DNA from: Hellea sp.
Lineage (GTDB): Bacteria > Pseudomonadota > Alphaproteobacteria > Caulobacterales > Maricaulaceae
NCBI GenBank assembly: GCA_020628425.1
Contig: JAHDEZ010000003.1
Span: 25,996 to 89,995, forward strand
Reading direction: 5' to 3'
DNA: 64,000 nucleotides
Translations under genes and position numbers: made by a program
Part shown: positions 10,101 through 18,537 of the stretch, piece after piece
How the letters are laid out: the number at the start of each line of letters is the position of its first letter
Position numbering within the stretch: the stretch's first letter is position 1
The notes under the pieces: model-generated
What the model was told of the DNA's origin: nothing
The model's database searches: none
Seen by the model: only the letters and a program-made list of their open reading frames with translations

Positions 10101-10581
10101 TAGTATATATGTCGCCCAAAAGATCAAAAGCGATTGTCTTTCCGTCGGGACTGACATCAAGACTCATCCAAGTCCCTTCATCAACGTCAATTTTTACAGC
10201 ACGCTTTTCGCCGGGAGGGTTGTTGACATCCCACTTTTCTGGGGTTTTGCCATCTTTGGCATCCGCAGCTGCAACGGCGTCGGCAACTTCTTTCAGAGAC
10301 TTTGGTTTCTGAGTTTTGAAATCTTCGAGAGTAGGCGCTGCGTCAGCTTTTTCCTTATCAGTGGATTTGGGAGGATGCTCCGTCGCCGTATCACTACCAT
10401 AGCTGGTTGCTTCGGCGTCCTTGTCTTCCTTTTTGTCTTTGGGTGGCCAGTTTTTATGGGGGTGTGCGGAAGCCGCCTGAGTTTGGAACGGGCTATCCTT
10501 TGAAGCTGTATACATTCCGAGCGAAAACGCCAAGGCCAGGGCGGTTGTGCCGCCTAAGATTAATTTGCGTGTAGATGTCAT
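7141..10581 (-). CDS. Secreted TolB/PD40 beta-propeller - amidohydrolase fusion protein
   Basis: 1146-aa ORF with a signal peptide (MTSTRKLILGGTTALALAFSLG) and a roughly 100-aa K/D/E-rich linker. Many 'SPDG(K/R)' PD40-type blades follow (SPDGKTIAF, SPDGKQIAF, SPDGRFIA, SPDGKFVY, SPDGKYLAF, SPDGKKVVF, TPDGDYVVF, SPDGKTFAF). The C-terminus is a metal-dependent amidohydrolase domain (PGLIDAHAHG). Confidence 0.8.
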   Translation of the reverse strand: MTSTRKLILGGTTALALAFSLGMYTASKDSPFQTQAASAHPHKNWPPKDKKEDKDAEATSYGSDTATEHPPKSTDKEKADAAPTLEDFKTQKPKSLKEVADAVAAADAKDGKTPEKWDVNNPPGEKRAVKIDVDEGTWMSLDVSPDGKTIAFDLLGDIYTMPSNGGAATNLTSDMAWDMQPRFSPDGKQIAFTSDRAGGDNIWVMDLDGENMRQVTKESFRLTNNATWSPDGRFIAAKKHFTTSRSLGTGEIWLYHPDGGSGVKLVAKPSESHQKELGEPIFSPDGKFVYYTMNTTPGSTFIYAQDSNTELFQIKRYDMETGDIITAVGGAGGAVRPTPSPDGKYLAFVKRERMQSMLYLKDLESGKETRIYDNLDRDMQETWGVQGMYPNMDWSPDSRHLYFWASGKINRINISSGDVDIIEFRVKDSRDVLSVPRPNVEVAPNEFTTSMPRYSQVSPDGKKVVFESLGKLYVQNIAGGSPKRLTRLPENIRELDPSWTRDGRSLVFVSWSDEGLGTIHKIGANGGGIRDLTRSPGHYRRPSITPDGDYVVFEKSSGGFLTSDEWSNETGMHILAIGDTDSKLIRKSGFGAHFGPDSNRIYFTGNKDGNAALLSTNLLGDDERVHASSKLAQNFYISPDGKTFAFRENYNLYAMPALLGPQNIAAGPKSNAMPVKKMSTDGSTYPSWNNDGSSIYWTLGPDLFEGYLPEAFSDENYEQKVIASLSRTVTANKPEGGIALTNARIITMTDDEGGVIENGTIVIENDRIRSIGEDISIPAGLEVVDLEGRTIIPGLIDAHAHGPQGVGDMTPEQNWKAVAHLALGVTTVFDPSSRASAIFPAAEMQRAGLLLSPRIYSTGEVIYGAKAPGFFASIDNEDDASEHVTRLHMQGAHGVKNYNQPRRDQRQQVTHAAREQNILVVPEGGSLYHMDMSLVMDGNSSIEHNLPVGEIYDDVIQLMSQTETAYVPTLVVTYGGIRGKNYYLQQSNVWEHPILSQHAPPRQLQADTIRRQMAPDEDYADDDAAAVAKKLMESGVLVTIGAHGEREGLAAHWEMWSFARGGMSPVQALQTATVDPAKHLGFFNDLGSLEKGKLADLVILNANPLDDIYNTDEIEMVMQGGRLYDAKTMDEQYTGDAKRIPYWWEE

Positions 10582-10672
10582 GGAAACTCTCCCTTTGATT
10601 TGGGTTTATCAAGGTCTTTAATATTGTCATGTGAGTTCGCCTGAGAGGCGAATTCACTTATTGAATGGTTTC

Positions 10673-12040
10673 TTAGAAACGCCCGGCAGGCCCGGGAAAC
10701 ACAACCGGAGTTTCATATCCGTCATGAGATACGGCAGAAACACCGAAATAATAGTTATCAATAACCAGATTTTTGAAAGTCCATTCATTGACTTTGCCGA
10801 TAAATCTGGAGTGGGTCCATTCTGGTTCAGTGGTCAACCGCCAATGTACACGGTAACCGGCCAGGTTGTCAGCATTCTCTGGTGGTTTCCACTCAAGCTT
10901 GGCCGATGGTGTAACTGCGCCGCTGGCTTCAACGTCGGTCGGAAAGGGCGGGGCACCCGCCATGCCTGCCAGAGTGATCGCATTCAGCGCTGTGAGTTTT
11001 GCTGCGTAAACCTTGTCAACACCATCCATCGTATCGCCGAATTCAATTCCGTTCTCCGATCGCAGGTCTTGGTGCTGGCGATCGTAATGTTCATGGGTTT
11101 CCATTATGCGGACCCCGGGGATGCCGACTTCATTGAAAGGACGGTGATGGCCGCCACGACGATATCGGTCGAGACGATACACCATCATAACATCCAGATT
11201 GACCATATATTGGTCGGCCATGGTTTTAACATACCGTGCTAGGTTTCGCGACGGACTATCGACTTCGCCTCCGGTAAATCGTCTAAGACGCGCCTCTTCA
11301 GGTGTTTCAGTCGCGCGGGTTCCTTCTGAAAAAACACGGACGGTAGAATTGTCCACAACGCCGTCAATTCCTGCAATATTGGAAATCATGTCGTTGTTGA
11401 GGACACCTTTGATTTCCCATCCTTGGTTTTGTGCATGGACGGCAACTATTTTACCGCCAAATAATCCCTGCTCCTCACCAGATAATCCTGCATATATAAT
11501 CGAGCCTGCAAATTTCTGTTTGGACAAAATACGTGCTGCCTCGAGAACCCCAGCCATGCCAGATGCATTATCATTGGCACCGGGGCTATCAGACGTTCCA
11601 TCGAGGGGGTCGGTAACTCTGCTGTCAATATCACCGCTCATCATAACATAACGGTTTGGGTCAATCGTGCCCTTTTGAATGGCGATTACACTGACGACAT
11701 TGGTTGGGTCGGGAATGCGCGGCTCTCCTTCGATGACATCAGAGACGTAGACAACTTCCAAGCAACCTCCGCAGTCTTCAGAAATTTTCTTAAATTCAGC
11801 AAATATCCAACGGCGTGCAGCGCCTATACCTTGGGTATCGCTCTTTGTTTCTGATAATGTATGGCGCGTCCCAAAACCCACCAATGTTTCTATATCGCTA
11901 TAGATACGATCGGCAGAGGGCGCTTCGGCGATTTCATAAAGAATTGGAACTTCCGCAGGTGGCGGTATGTCGTGTGACTGTGCTGATCCCGGAAATGTAG
12001 TGCCAAGGATAATAGTGGTAGCGAGCAAAAGTTTTTTCAT
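10673..12040 (-). CDS. Secreted M28-family metallopeptidase with a C-terminal fibronectin-III-like domain
   Basis: Signal peptide MKKLLLATTIILGTTFPGSAQS, starting at ATG 12040 (the ORF track begins at a GTG at 12085). M28-type motifs GANDNASG and SGEEQGLFG are present. The first metal-ligand region reads SGDIDS instead of the more usual HxDS and is worth checking. The C-terminal ~90 aa (LEWKPP...YRVHWR...YYFGVSAV) look FN3-like. Confidence 0.7.
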   Translation of the reverse strand: MKKLLLATTIILGTTFPGSAQSHDIPPPAEVPILYEIAEAPSADRIYSDIETLVGFGTRHTLSETKSDTQGIGAARRWIFAEFKKISEDCGGCLEVVYVSDVIEGEPRIPDPTNVVSVIAIQKGTIDPNRYVMMSGDIDSRVTDPLDGTSDSPGANDNASGMAGVLEAARILSKQKFAGSIIYAGLSGEEQGLFGGKIVAVHAQNQGWEIKGVLNNDMISNIAGIDGVVDNSTVRVFSEGTRATETPEEARLRRFTGGEVDSPSRNLARYVKTMADQYMVNLDVMMVYRLDRYRRGGHHRPFNEVGIPGVRIMETHEHYDRQHQDLRSENGIEFGDTMDGVDKVYAAKLTALNAITLAGMAGAPPFPTDVEASGAVTPSAKLEWKPPENADNLAGYRVHWRLTTEPEWTHSRFIGKVNEWTFKNLVIDNYYFGVSAVSHDGYETPVVFPGPAGRF

Positions 12041-12141
12041 GCGATATGTCCCGATTTTTATACCTGTTTGATGGGGGTTTATCACAATTTAGTCAATTTC
12101 CTACGCGTGACAGGATAATCACATTCGCGTAAGGAAGTTAC

Positions 12142-13563
12142 ATGAGAATCTATCCCTTATCCGCTTTGGCGTTAATCCTGTTAGCTGGTTGCAATGAAAG
12201 CAAAGCTCAAAATGCGCCTGTCATTTATCAGGATTTTTGTGCATCTTGCCACGGAAATAATGGTGAGGGTGGAAGTGCCCCAACATTGTTTGATGATGAT
12301 TGGAGCCACGGGGCTGAGTTAGAATTAATTCGCAAAAATATTGCAGACGGCATTCCAGGTGCGGGCATGCCTGGATTTTCCGGCGGTTTGAGTGAGGCGG
12401 AAATTGATGCTCTGGTAGCGTATGTTAAATCTGGAAAGCCTTCGCAATCGACAGATTTAAACGCTGATGGAGAGACACCCGTTTTGCCGATTTTGGTGCC
12501 GGCGGTCGATCAGGTTGAGAGTATTGAAATCCAAATTCAGGTAGATGATTATATTACAGGCCTGGATGAACCATGGGGCATTCACTTTACAGAAAACTCG
12601 ATTTTAATCACTGAGAAAAAAGGTGTGTTGAAACGGGCCGTCAAGACCAAACAGGGAGCTGGCTGGGAGGTTTCTAAGGTTTCCGGTATTCCTGTCGTTA
12701 ATAATGCAAGACAGGGTGGACTATTAGATATTGCCACCGACCCGGAATTTAAGTCGAATGGCTGGGTCTATATAACATTCTCGCATGCGCTTGAGGGTTC
12801 AAGTGGCCCGTCTATGACAAAACTTATTCGCGGAAAAATAGTCAATAACCAATGGGTCGAAGAAGAAACCTTGTTTCAGGCGCACAGTGAAGATTATCTG
12901 GATACAGGGTACCACTACGGAAGTCGGATTACTTTTGATGATAAGGGGCATTTGTTTTTTTCCATCGGAGATCGTGGTCCCAAAGAGCAAGCCCAAGATC
13001 GCAATCGTCCAAATGGGAAAATTCACCGTATTAATCTCGATGGGTCTACTCCTAATGACAATCCATTTTTAGGAGAGCGTTATCCCTCAACCTACAGCTA
13101 TGGTAATCGAAACCCGCAGGGGCTAATTTGGCATCCGAGAACTGGTGTGTTATGGGAAACCGAACATGGCCCAAAGGGCGGAGATGAGCTCAATGCAATT
13201 ACTGCCGGTACGAACTTCGGTTGGCCTGCTATTTCCTATGGCATTAATTATAATGGAACCGTGCTAACAGAGCATCAGTCTTTGCCAGACATGGCTCAAC
13301 CCATTAGTCAATGGACACCTTCCATAGCGGTCTGTGGTTTGGATGTTTACACAGGTGATTTATTTCCGGAATGGAATGGTCGTTTATTAGCAGGGTCTTT
13401 AGCATTTGAGTCCTTGCGATTGATTGATGTGGAGGGTTCGAGCTATAAAGGCGAGGTTGAAATCCTAAAAAACAAAGGCCGTATCCGCGACGTGACGAAC
13501 GGGCCAGACGGAGCGATTTATGTCGCTTTACCGTCCAAAATTGTCAGATTGAGTCCCAGATAA
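12142..13563 (+). CDS. Cytochrome c - PQQ-dependent sugar (glucose/sorbosone) dehydrogenase fusion, lipoprotein
   Basis: Lipoprotein signal LLAGC and haem c motif CASCHG. This is followed by a soluble PQQ-dehydrogenase (YliI-like) propeller: GGLLDIA, PNGKIHRINLDGSTPNDNPF, GNRNPQGLIWHP, EHGPKGGDELN. Confidence 0.8.
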   Translation: MRIYPLSALALILLAGCNESKAQNAPVIYQDFCASCHGNNGEGGSAPTLFDDDWSHGAELELIRKNIADGIPGAGMPGFSGGLSEAEIDALVAYVKSGKPSQSTDLNADGETPVLPILVPAVDQVESIEIQIQVDDYITGLDEPWGIHFTENSILITEKKGVLKRAVKTKQGAGWEVSKVSGIPVVNNARQGGLLDIATDPEFKSNGWVYITFSHALEGSSGPSMTKLIRGKIVNNQWVEEETLFQAHSEDYLDTGYHYGSRITFDDKGHLFFSIGDRGPKEQAQDRNRPNGKIHRINLDGSTPNDNPFLGERYPSTYSYGNRNPQGLIWHPRTGVLWETEHGPKGGDELNAITAGTNFGWPAISYGINYNGTVLTEHQSLPDMAQPISQWTPSIAVCGLDVYTGDLFPEWNGRLLAGSLAFESLRLIDVEGSSYKGEVEILKNKGRIRDVTNGPDGAIYVALPSKIVRLSPR

Positions 13564-13612
13564 ACATCATTCAGCTATTATGCTGTGCGCAGTTTTGCTT
13601 TAAATAGGCGTA

Positions 13613-15451
13613 ATGTCAGAGATTCCCTCAATACGAAGATTGCCGGCGGAAACGATCAATCGCATTGCGGCTGGTGAAGTTGTCGAACGTCCCGCAAGTG
13701 TGATCAAGGAATTGGCTGAAAATTCTATTGATGCCAACGCCCGACAGATAGATATTCGTTTCGAGGATGGAGGGCGGACTTATATATCCGTTACTGATGA
13801 CGGGAAGGGCATGTCAGCGGAAGAACTGCCTATCGCCATTGAACGTCATGCCACTTCAAAATTAAGGCCAAATGATGAAGGGGAATGGGATCTTTTAAAC
13901 ATCGGAACCATGGGGTTCCGCGGAGAGGCCTTGCCGTCTATTGGCTCAGTCGCACGTTTATCTATCACCTCACAGACAGCCAATGACGATTCCGCATGGC
14001 AAATTCTAATAGAAGGTGGTGATATTAAACCCATTAAGCCCGCCCCCAGGTTTGGATTATCCGGGACAAAAGTTGAAGTGAACGATTTGTTCTACGCCAC
14101 GCCGGCCCGTTTAAAATTTCTGAAATCCGAACGCAGTGAAAGTCTAGCTATCTCAGATACGGTTAAGCGATTAGCTATGGCTAACCCGACGATAGGCTTT
14201 ACGTTAGGTACGTCCGCGCGCATGAGTTTTCGAGTTACGCCGCAAGAAAATTCGGATGAAGGCCATCTCAACAGGTTAGCGGCGGTTCTCGGCCGAGAAT
14301 TTGGAGACAATGCTTTGGCCATTGACGCCGAGCGTGAAGGCATTCGCCTAAGTGGATTTACCGGCTTGCCAACCTATTCAAGGGGTAACAGCCTTCATCA
14401 ATATTTGTTTGTGAATGGTCGTCCGGTCAAAGATCGGCTTTTACACGGAGCTATCAAAGGGGCCTATCAGGACTTTCTCGCCCGAAACCGTTATCCGGTA
14501 GCGGCTCTATTCGTCGATATGCCAATGACCCATGTCGATGTAAACGTTCATCCAGCCAAAACCGAGGTTAGATTTCGCGATCCCAATCTTGTGAGAGGGC
14601 TCATAGTGTCCGCTATTCGACATGCTTTAGCTGGCGCGGGTCACAGAGCCAGTACAACAGTTTCAGATTATGCCCTAGGAAAAATCCAGTCCGGTACCAG
14701 CACCCTGCCACTACAAGGGAATTATTCATCTCGCCCCCCCCTATATCGTCCGCAGCTCCAATCAGACCATAGACCAGATCCGAGTTACCAACCTCTGGTC
14801 GATGGGTTTTCGGCTAAAGTTGAAGAAACTCAATCTCATTATACTTCTGAGACGTCACAGAATATGGTGTCAAATCCGCTCGGCGCAGCGCGAGCACAAG
14901 TTCATGAAACCTATATTGTGGCGCAAACATCCGACGGTATCGTCATTGTTGATCAGCATGCGGCCCATGAAAGACTTGTCTATGAACGCATGAAAGACGC
15001 TATGGCTGGTCAGGGCGTTGAACGGCAGACTTTGCTTATTCCTGATATTGTCGAACTTGGAGAGGCGGACGCTGCCCGGGTGTTATCACGTCAAGATGAA
15101 TTAGCTGAAATGGGGCTATTGATTGAACCTTTCGGCAATGGGGCCATTGCAGTCAGGGAAACGCCGGCAATACTGGGTGAAATGAATGTAAAAGGGCTTT
15201 TACAAGACCTAGCAGATGATTTGAGTGCCTATGACGAGACCTTATCGTTGAAAGAACGATTCGAAGATGTTTGTGGAACCATGGCTTGTCACGGTTCTGT
15301 TCGGGCCGGGAGGCGGTTAAATGCGACAGAAATGAACGCTTTACTGCGAGATATGGAGGCAACCCCCCATAGCGGACAGTGTAATCATGGTCGCCCAACC
15401 TATGTAGAGCTCAAATTAGCCGATATTGAACGCCTATTCGGCCGCAGGTAG
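13613..15451 (+). CDS. mutL: DNA mismatch repair endonuclease MutL
   Basis: GHKL ATPase N-terminus ([27 protein letters not shown]). The C-terminus carries the endonuclease motifs [12 protein letters not shown] and CNHGRPT. Confidence 0.95.
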   Translation: MSEIPSIRRLPAETINRIAAGEVVERPASVIKELAENSIDANARQIDIRFEDGGRTYISVTDDGKGMSAEELPIAIERHATSKLRPNDEGEWDLLNIGTMGFRGEALPSIGSVARLSITSQTANDDSAWQILIEGGDIKPIKPAPRFGLSGTKVEVNDLFYATPARLKFLKSERSESLAISDTVKRLAMANPTIGFTLGTSARMSFRVTPQENSDEGHLNRLAAVLGREFGDNALAIDAEREGIRLSGFTGLPTYSRGNSLHQYLFVNGRPVKDRLLHGAIKGAYQDFLARNRYPVAALFVDMPMTHVDVNVHPAKTEVRFRDPNLVRGLIVSAIRHALAGAGHRASTTVSDYALGKIQSGTSTLPLQGNYSSRPPLYRPQLQSDHRPDPSYQPLVDGFSAKVEETQSHYTSETSQNMVSNPLGAARAQVHETYIVAQTSDGIVIVDQHAAHERLVYERMKDAMAGQGVERQTLLIPDIVELGEADAARVLSRQDELAEMGLLIEPFGNGAIAVRETPAILGEMNVKGLLQDLADDLSAYDETLSLKERFEDVCGTMACHGSVRAGRRLNATEMNALLRDMEATPHSGQCNHGRPTYVELKLADIERLFGRR

Positions 15452-15484
15452 TTGAATAATAAAGTATGCCACAATTTTATTATG

Positions 15485-15502
15485 GTTAATTTTAAAATTA
15501 AC
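15485..15502. promoter_or_regulatory. Perfect 18-nt AT-only palindrome (candidate operator)
   Basis: gttaattttaaaattaac equals its own reverse complement. It lies in the AT-rich spacer after mutL and upstream of the micro-ORF. Confidence 0.3.
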
Positions 15503-15675
15503 AGTTGTAAAGAAAGTGTAAATTCTCTTTCTAGGGTAAAAATGCGCATGAAATCAGTTATTTAATTGATTTATCGTGGGAATTTCATGGTTAATGAATT
15601 GACAACAATGCCGTATTTCATAAACATCTGGACGGGGTGATATTGCCCGAATTTATCCTTTTATGGAGTTGTTCA

Positions 15676-15741
15676 ATGCGTGAACTCACAATGGATGAAG
15701 TAGAAGTAGTTACTGGTGGAATGCCACCTATCACAGAATAA
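15676..15741 (+). CDS. 21-aa peptide with a double-glycine (ColV/bacteriocin/pheromone-type) leader: MRELTMDEVEVVTGG|MPPITE
   Basis: ATG at 15676 is preceded by GGAG (15665-15668) at 7-nt spacing, and the stop is TAA 15739-15741. Residues 1-15 match the double-glycine leader consensus at positions -12 (L), -8 (E), -7 (V), -4 (V), -2 and -1 (GG). A strong terminator follows 8 nt later. The ORF is too short for the ORF track. Confidence 0.5.
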   Translation: MRELTMDEVEVVTGGMPPITE

Positions 15742-15748
15742 CGAATTA

Positions 15749-15777
15749 GCAGCCCGTTTTAACGGGCTGTTTTTTTA
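15749..15777 (+). terminator. Rho-independent terminator after the micro-ORF
   Basis: Stem agcccgtt (15751-15758), loop tt, stem aacgggct (15761-15768), then gttttttt. Confidence 0.75.
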
Positions 15778-15812
15778 ACCAAATCCTTGGACTTAACCAC
15801 TAACAAGTCCAT

Positions 15813-17969
15813 ATGATTCTCTTTCGCGCATTGAAGATTTTTGTACTCATCACTCTTTGTACGTGGAATGAAGCGGACGCGCAGGATGTTAAGGGCTTAA
15901 AAGAACTCGCGCAACATGCCATAGATGCTCATTTTTTCCAGTCTTCTGGTGGAACGAAAACAACTCTTGAAACTGAATTGGATAAACACATTTCCCAATA
16001 TAATTGGCAGGAAATTGACCGAATATTATCTGAAACGGATGGTACGAAGTTTCGTGAGGTTTACAGCAAGACTGGTGCTTTCTTGGCCAAGGAGGTTGAC
16101 AATGTTGAGATGGATTCTCGGCTTTGGTTGGAGAGATGTGTCGACGGTCCTGACAAAGAAATGTCACATAAATGTGCTATTTCTTTGTCGTCCATATCTG
16201 TCTTGGAGAACAATCATATTGCTGCTTTAGACTGGGCCTATCGTGCAAATAAAATTACTGAGGAATTTCCAAATACGCATCCTCGATATTGGTATATGCA
16301 GTATCAAAATAATGCCTTCCTTTTGATTGCCTTTATATATGACGGAAACATTGAAGAGGCCTCAGATTCAGGCAAACGTTATGTTGATGCAGCTCTTAAA
16401 GCCGAAGTGCATTTAGAATCCTTTTTTCTCATCAATAACATTTCGTACCTTGCGCGAAATGAAATTGGACCAGAGGCCGCTCTTGATATTTTGCGGGTTG
16501 CCGAAGCAAATGTAGATGAAATTTCGAAGGAAAATCAGGAAGTCCTTTATTATGCACTGGCAAAAAATTACTCTGCGAATGATCAAAACCTAATTGCGTT
16601 GAGATACTATGAAAAATTTGACTCTGTTAAGTCCAGGGGAGATTTGGAGCGCGCTGCATTAGCAAATCTTGCGCTAATTTTCTCAGAGCTTGAAAGATGG
16701 GACGAGTCTAAAGATGCTTTGAAAAGGGCTAAACCATTATTCGAGGGAGATTTAAATTCAGCTCACGGTATGAACATGTTGTTGGCAGAAAAAAATATCG
16801 CAATCTCAGAAAATCGATTGATGGATGCTTTGGATATCGACGCCAATATAGACAAAATAGATGATCTTTTGGAGGAAAGAGCTATTTCTTCCAACAGGAA
16901 TCGGCTCTCGAAGAATCTTCAAATCGTAGGAGAGCGCCAAAAAAGAGAAACCGACCGTCTCTCCTATGAGGCTCAACTGAGTGAGCAAGAGGCCGCCGCC
17001 AGCCGTCGACAATTCCTGCTAACACTCATTGCACTCTTTTTTGTTCTAGTGTTGGCATCTTGGGTTTACCGAAGCTACCTACGGGAGCAAAAACTTAACA
17101 AAGTTATCAAAGTCAAGAATGATGAGTTGGAAGAATCGAATCAACAATTAGAAGGTGCCAATGACCGATTACAGCGTACCTTTGATGATTTGAAGGTTGC
17201 CCACAAACAGGCCCTTGCTGGGCAAGAAGCCAAAGAGAAATTTATCGGCGTGATAGGTCATGAACTGCGTACGCCACTCAATCCTATTATTAATCTTGCT
17301 GGCGTGCTTGAGGATAAAACAGAAAATCTAAGAGACAGAGCCTTGCTGAAGGCTATCAAGAATGCGGGGAAACGTTTGCATATTATCGTTGAAAATATGC
17401 TCGCAATCTCGGCCAATGATGAGTCGACCAAAGTATATGTCGAGCCCATGGATGTCGTGGAAAACACCACGACAATATTACGTGAGTTTAAGTCAGAAAT
17501 CCAAAGCAAAGTGACGGAGCTTAGGCGAACCGGCGAGAACCTAAAGGTCAATATTTTGAAGGACTCGAATCTTGATGAAAAATATTTCAATAACAAGGTT
17601 ATTTACCGAACCATTGTCAGAAATTTGTTTGACAATGCTTTGAAATTTACCCGAGACGGTGAAATCGCTATCGAGCTCCGACGTAGAAAAAACGGTAATG
17701 GTTTTGTGTTCATTATTCGTGACACTGGAGCAGGGATGGAGCCCAAGAAAATCGATGAATTGGTTGAGCCGTTTCAGCAGGCGGAAATGGACTTAGGACG
17801 CGCTTACGAGGGCGCGGGCCTCGGATTAGCTGTGGTGCAAAAATACTGCGAACAATTGGGTGCCAAATTAGAAATAGATAGCAAAGTCAATATAGGGACG
17901 ACGATAACCATAGATTTTCCGGAGCCTCCTTATCAGCCCGAAACCGGACGATTAATGAAGGTTGCCTAG
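15813..17969 (+). CDS. Orphan sensor histidine kinase with a large periplasmic TPR-like domain
   Basis: The signal/TM1 segment is MILFRALKIFVLITLCTWNEADA. A helical repeat-like periplasmic region of about 370 aa follows, then TM2 (LLTLIALFFVLVLASWVY) and a coiled coil. The kinase core has HisKA H-box IGHELRTPLN, N-box FDNALKFT, G1 IRDTGAGM and G2 GAGLGLAV. There is no receiver domain and no adjacent response regulator. Confidence 0.85.
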   Translation: MILFRALKIFVLITLCTWNEADAQDVKGLKELAQHAIDAHFFQSSGGTKTTLETELDKHISQYNWQEIDRILSETDGTKFREVYSKTGAFLAKEVDNVEMDSRLWLERCVDGPDKEMSHKCAISLSSISVLENNHIAALDWAYRANKITEEFPNTHPRYWYMQYQNNAFLLIAFIYDGNIEEASDSGKRYVDAALKAEVHLESFFLINNISYLARNEIGPEAALDILRVAEANVDEISKENQEVLYYALAKNYSANDQNLIALRYYEKFDSVKSRGDLERAALANLALIFSELERWDESKDALKRAKPLFEGDLNSAHGMNMLLAEKNIAISENRLMDALDIDANIDKIDDLLEERAISSNRNRLSKNLQIVGERQKRETDRLSYEAQLSEQEAAASRRQFLLTLIALFFVLVLASWVYRSYLREQKLNKVIKVKNDELEESNQQLEGANDRLQRTFDDLKVAHKQALAGQEAKEKFIGVIGHELRTPLNPIINLAGVLEDKTENLRDRALLKAIKNAGKRLHIIVENMLAISANDESTKVYVEPMDVVENTTTILREFKSEIQSKVTELRRTGENLKVNILKDSNLDEKYFNNKVIYRTIVRNLFDNALKFTRDGEIAIELRRRKNGNGFVFIIRDTGAGMEPKKIDELVEPFQQAEMDLGRAYEGAGLGLAVVQKYCEQLGAKLEIDSKVNIGTTITIDFPEPPYQPETGRLMKVA

Positions 17970-17970
17970 A

Positions 17971-18537
17971 TCAGCTATCCTTAAGACGCATAAACAGAAC
18001 TTTTGCGGCGCCCCAGACTCGTTCATCCATAACTTCGTAATCGGTTATCTCGGCTATTTCATCACTGGATATTTCCAGAATGATCAAGCTCGACCTATCT
18101 ATCAAGTTTAACTCTGACAGTTTTCGTAAAACAGGTTGCCAAAGGTTTTTATTGTAGGGCGGATCCATAAAAATATGGGAGAAGGTTCCCCGCAGATTAC
18201 CTGGTGCAATTCTCAGTTTTGTTGCATCTTGACGGTGAAGACGGGTGCATCCAAAAAGTCCCATATCTTCTATGTTTTTCCGGATTGCCGCCCGCGCTTT
18301 GGGCTCTGTTTCGACAAATAAACAAAACTCCGCCCCCCGGGAAATTGCTTCAAGACCCAGTGCCCCCGAACCGGCAAAGATATCCGCGACTATGGCCCCC
18401 TCTAAATCAGGTGACCAATCTGCATGAGAGAGAATATTGAACAAAGACTCTCTGGTTTGGTCGCTAGTGGGGCGTGTATTGCGCCCTGAAGGGGTCTCGA
18501 TGTTTCGCCCACGGAGACGACCTGATACAATTCTCAT
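17971..18537 (-). CDS. rsmD: 16S rRNA (guanine966-N2)-methyltransferase RsmD
   Basis: 188 aa. N-terminus MRIVSGRLRGRNIETP, SAM motif FAGSGALGLEAISRGA, and catalytic DPPY. Confidence 0.85.
   Translation of the reverse strand: MRIVSGRLRGRNIETPSGRNTRPTSDQTRESLFNILSHADWSPDLEGAIVADIFAGSGALGLEAISRGAEFCLFVETEPKARAAIRKNIEDMGLFGCTRLHRQDATKLRIAPGNLRGTFSHIFMDPPYNKNLWQPVLRKLSELNLIDRSSLIILEISSDEIAEITDYEVMDERVWGAAKVLFMRLKDS

Noticed and set aside
9857-11242. Plus-strand ORFs of 151 aa (9857-10312) and 203 aa (10631-11242) overlap the amidohydrolase and M28 genes.
   Set aside because: They are shadow ORFs opposite well-supported genes with clear domain motifs. No RBS or family resemblance is visible.
15587-15640. 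A second micro-ORF, MVNELTTMPYFINIWTG (17 aa), lies in the AT-rich spacer upstream of the GG-leader ORF.
   Set aside because: It has no convincing Shine-Dalgarno sequence (only GGGA), no double-glycine motif and no terminator. It is probably a chance ORF in AT-rich DNA, noted only because of its proximity.
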